Of a stretch of 64,000 bases of DNA, positions 60,724 to 64,000 are shown piece by piece; position 1 is the first letter of the stretch, and every line of letters begins with the position of its first letter. Below the pieces are notes generated by a model. The model saw only the letters and a list, made by a program, of their open reading frames with translations. It ran no database searches and was not told the origin of the DNA. The DNA comes from Azolla caroliniana (lineage: Eukaryota; Plantae; Polypodiophyta). Both the position numbers and the translations under genes were made by a program. The DNA lies in the NCBI GenBank assembly GCA_043228905.1, contig JBHGNT010000022.1, positions 1,798,001 to 1,862,000 on the forward strand, read 5' to 3'.

Positions 60724-63700
60724 TGGTATCAGAGCGCGAGGGTTGAGAACCTCTACAGCTGACCTTAGCTCGAGAAGAAAACCTAACCTTCGTAAAAAAC
60801 AAGAAAAACAAAATGGATAGAGGCATGGCTAGCTTGCTTCCTACCGATAAGCTCCACAGAAACAACTACGCATCTTGGTCGTACAAGATGCACCAGTACC
60901 TACTCGGGCATGGATATTGGAGCTATGTCGACGGAGCAAATGACACAACACCCGATTCGACACACAAAGACTTCCCGGCTTGGGAACAGTCAGCGAGCTG
61001 AGTTCTCTACTGCTTCACGTCTTGTGTGGGCGAACAACTTCTGAGCTATATTTGGGATGCGAAAACGCTGAAGGATGCTTGAGGAAATTGTAAAAAGATT
61101 TTCGCCACAAGCACCATAGCCAGAAAGCTCCAACTCCGACAGGAGTTGAGCAAGTTGTGACAACGTGATTTGTCGGTGGCTGATTACACCTCGAAGATCA
61201 ATGATATATGTGACTCCTTAGCCTCCATCGATGTGAACATCGAGGAAGGCGAGATGGTGCAGATCTATGTCGGGGGACTGGCGTCGAAGTTCGGAGCGTT
61301 CCGAACTACTGTGTGCACACAAGAGAATACACCATCGTTTTTCGACCTACAGTCGATGCTCCTTATAGAGGAGAACCACGTGGGTGCGTTGACGAGTACG
61401 CACACCGATAGCAAGATGTTGTACACGGAGGGAGATAGGCCCCGTGGTCGTGGCGGACGAGGCGAGTCGGTGCGCAATGGAGGCGGCCGACAGGATCAAG
61501 TAAGAAGGCACTGAAGTGATGCCGACAACAATTATGGACCCTCTGGAAACAGGGGGAGTCGAGGCGACCAGAACCGGCAAGGGAAACCCATCGTGAAATG
61601 TTGTTATTGTGACAAGAAAGGACACAAGGAGAGCAAGTGCTGGAGGAAGTGCGCTGATTCGGAGAAAACCGGATCCGGATCCGGATAAACCAACAAAGGA
61701 AATCGGCAGTGATTGCACTACGCCGAAGGATCCGAAAAAGTCAGAAAGGGGGCAGCCTTCGTGACGAGACACAAGGCGGACTCGATGAAGAAGAACATCC
61801 CGAAATCGAACGAGGTGTGGTACGTTGACCTCGGCGCGTCAAAACACATGATGAGCCAGAAGGAGTGGCTCTCATACCTTGAGAAACCGATGCAACCGGG
61901 AGTAGTTTCAACAGGAGACGACACTCCGCATCTGATCGAGAATGTCGGTGAAGTTCCCTGAGCCATGTCGGGCAGAAAGGGAAACTCATGAACGTGTTAC
62001 ACGTCCCGACAATCACGAAGAATCTAGTGTTGGTCGGGCAAATCGTCGACCAAGGGATGCAAGTTTGGTTCACACATCTCGGGGGCTTCATCGAGGAGGA
62101 AGGCCAAGTTATTGCGTAAGGGTGCAGAGACAAGAGGATGTTTATCCTCGACACCAATGACGTTGGCACCGCAATGTTCGCAAAAGGACAAAAAGTCGCG
62201 TCAGATATCGACTTGTGGCACAAGCGGATAGGCCACGTCAACTATCAAAGGCTTCAGGACTTGCAATCGAAATAGGTTGTATTCGGATTGCCGAAATTCA
62301 GTGGTCAGAAGGCCCAAATTTGTGAAGCCTGCCAGCTAGGGAAGCAACACCGACTTCCTTTCCCTAACGAGCGTAACCGGAGCCGGAACAAGCTCGACTT
62401 GATACATTCGGATGTATGGGGGCCAATACAGAATGTTAGTCTTGACGGGAGCCGATATTTTGTCTCCTTCATCGACGACTACACGCGGCACACGTGGATC
62501 TATCTCATTGAAAAGAAGAGTGAAGTCTTCGACTGTTTCCGGGACCTCAAAAGCTTTGTAGAAAGGGAAACAGGGAGAAAGATCAAGTGTCTGCGGTTGG
62601 ATGGCGGAAAAGAGTACTTTTCCGGCGCATGAGCCGTATTTCGGAAGAAAGCCGAATCTACGACACTTGAGAGTTTTCTGTAGCATTGCATATGTGCATG
62701 TGCCGAAGGAGAAACGGAGGAAGTTGGACGTGAAAGCGAGAAGTGTATCTTGGTTGGCTATTTGGACAAACAAAAGGGTTATAAGTGTTATAACCCCCAA
62801 ACGAAACAAGCTCGCATGAGCCATGATCTTGTGTTTGACGAGTCCGTGTCCAGGTACTTGCCTTTGACTCTGGACCTCAACTCCAACTCCGGATCTCCGG
62901 ACCCGAGTTCTGATGATGAGGTCAGCGAGGCTGAAATGCCTCCGGATGATCGCAAAATCAAGACCCTTGATGAGAGTCCGATTTCATTTCGGCTAAGTGG
63001 ACTGAATGAGCGACTAGGTTGGTTTGACCAGTCCGAAGAAGAGCCGACGAGTAGTGGAGAATCGGCCGTGCATTCCCCGCACAGGAAGTCGAGGAGACGG
63101 TTTACGCGCAAAGAAAAAGGGAAGAAGAAGATGCCGGAGTATGGCACGAATAAGGATGAGTCAGATCGATGCGAATCCGACTCCGAGAGGAGCGATGACG
63201 GGCCTTCGAGAGCGAAGTCCACGTCGGCCAAGAAAGCCTCAACATCGGCTAATGTGCAATTACGCCGATCTACCCGCCAGAAGAACCCTATTGTGCGGTT
63301 TGGATACAATGAGTACATGGTGCATCACTATGCGTACATGACGCGTGTAGCGGAAGTGTGTGAGCCGGAAAGCTACGCAAAAGCGGCGAAGGATGCAAAT
63401 TGGCGTGTCGCAATGGAGGAAGAGATGCGCGCATTGACGGAGAATGAAACCTGGGACCTAGTTGACGCACCGAAGGGTGTGAACCCGATCGGGTGTAGGT
63501 GGGTGTACAAGGTCAAGTACAACACCGACGACTCGGTCAACCGACAACAATCTACTGCGATAACCTCAGCAACATCCAGTTAGCGAAGAACCCTATCTTC
63601 CACGCCCGGACTAAGCACATTGAGGTGCACTACCACTTTGTCTGTGAGCGTGTCCTCTCTGGTGAAGTCGAACTTCAGTATGTTCGGACGGATCGGCAGA

Positions 63701-64000
63701 TCGCCAACATTTTCACCAAGCCCCTTGGTCTCGACAATTTGCGGCAATTCTCGGGTGCGCTTGGGTTGCGACACCTCGATGTGCCGAACTTGAGGGGGAG
63801 AGTAGTGCCGGAAGACCACGGAAGGGAGCAGGAAAGGAGCGGAAGAGACTGTGATGCCGAGTCGAATTACGATTTCGATTTCGGGTCGGTTGAAGAAGCC
63901 CAGGGCAGATCTGTGAAAGAGTCCGAAAGCGGACGTGAGGGAACCAGCCGAAAGAAAGAGCTGAATTCAGCCAAGCATGGGGGAGATGAAGCCAACTCGG
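60270..64000 (+). mobile_element. Degenerate, internally deleted copia A6; runs off the window end
   Basis: LTR 60270-60723, PBS TGGTATCAGAGC at 60724-60735, gag/PR/INT remnants, deletions near 62625 and 63545, RH end near 63790. Confidence 0.9.

Overview
A eukaryotic (land-plant, most likely non-seed plant such as a fern; this is inferred) nuclear window dominated by nested LTR retrotransposons. Bases 1-27336 form a five-deep nest: a Tnt1-like copia (C) holds an Ale-like copia (A3), which holds another Ale-like copia (A2), which holds a non-chromovirus Ty3/gypsy element, which in turn holds a very young, near-intact Tnt1-like copia (B1) and a further Ale-like copia (A1). The gypsy element has a tRNA-Trp primer-binding site and a predicted -1 ribosomal frameshift cassette (U-rich site plus H-type pseudoknot) between protease and RT. 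An AT-rich island at about 27.3-40 kb carries a 5'-truncated LINE with a 15-bp TSD and the only host gene I can support, a spliced DUF1639-like gene (31992-34076). Bases 41486-64000 are a second nest of degenerate copia elements, solo LTRs, a Sola-like DDD transposase remnant and a 190-bp-arm inverted repeat. Other notable signals are tRNA-like Pol III A/B boxes inside two LTRs, a four-unit heat-shock element beside an LTR TATA box, and a duplicated PPT with competing hairpins in the copia A family. All family and lineage names come from motif recognition only; no searches were run.
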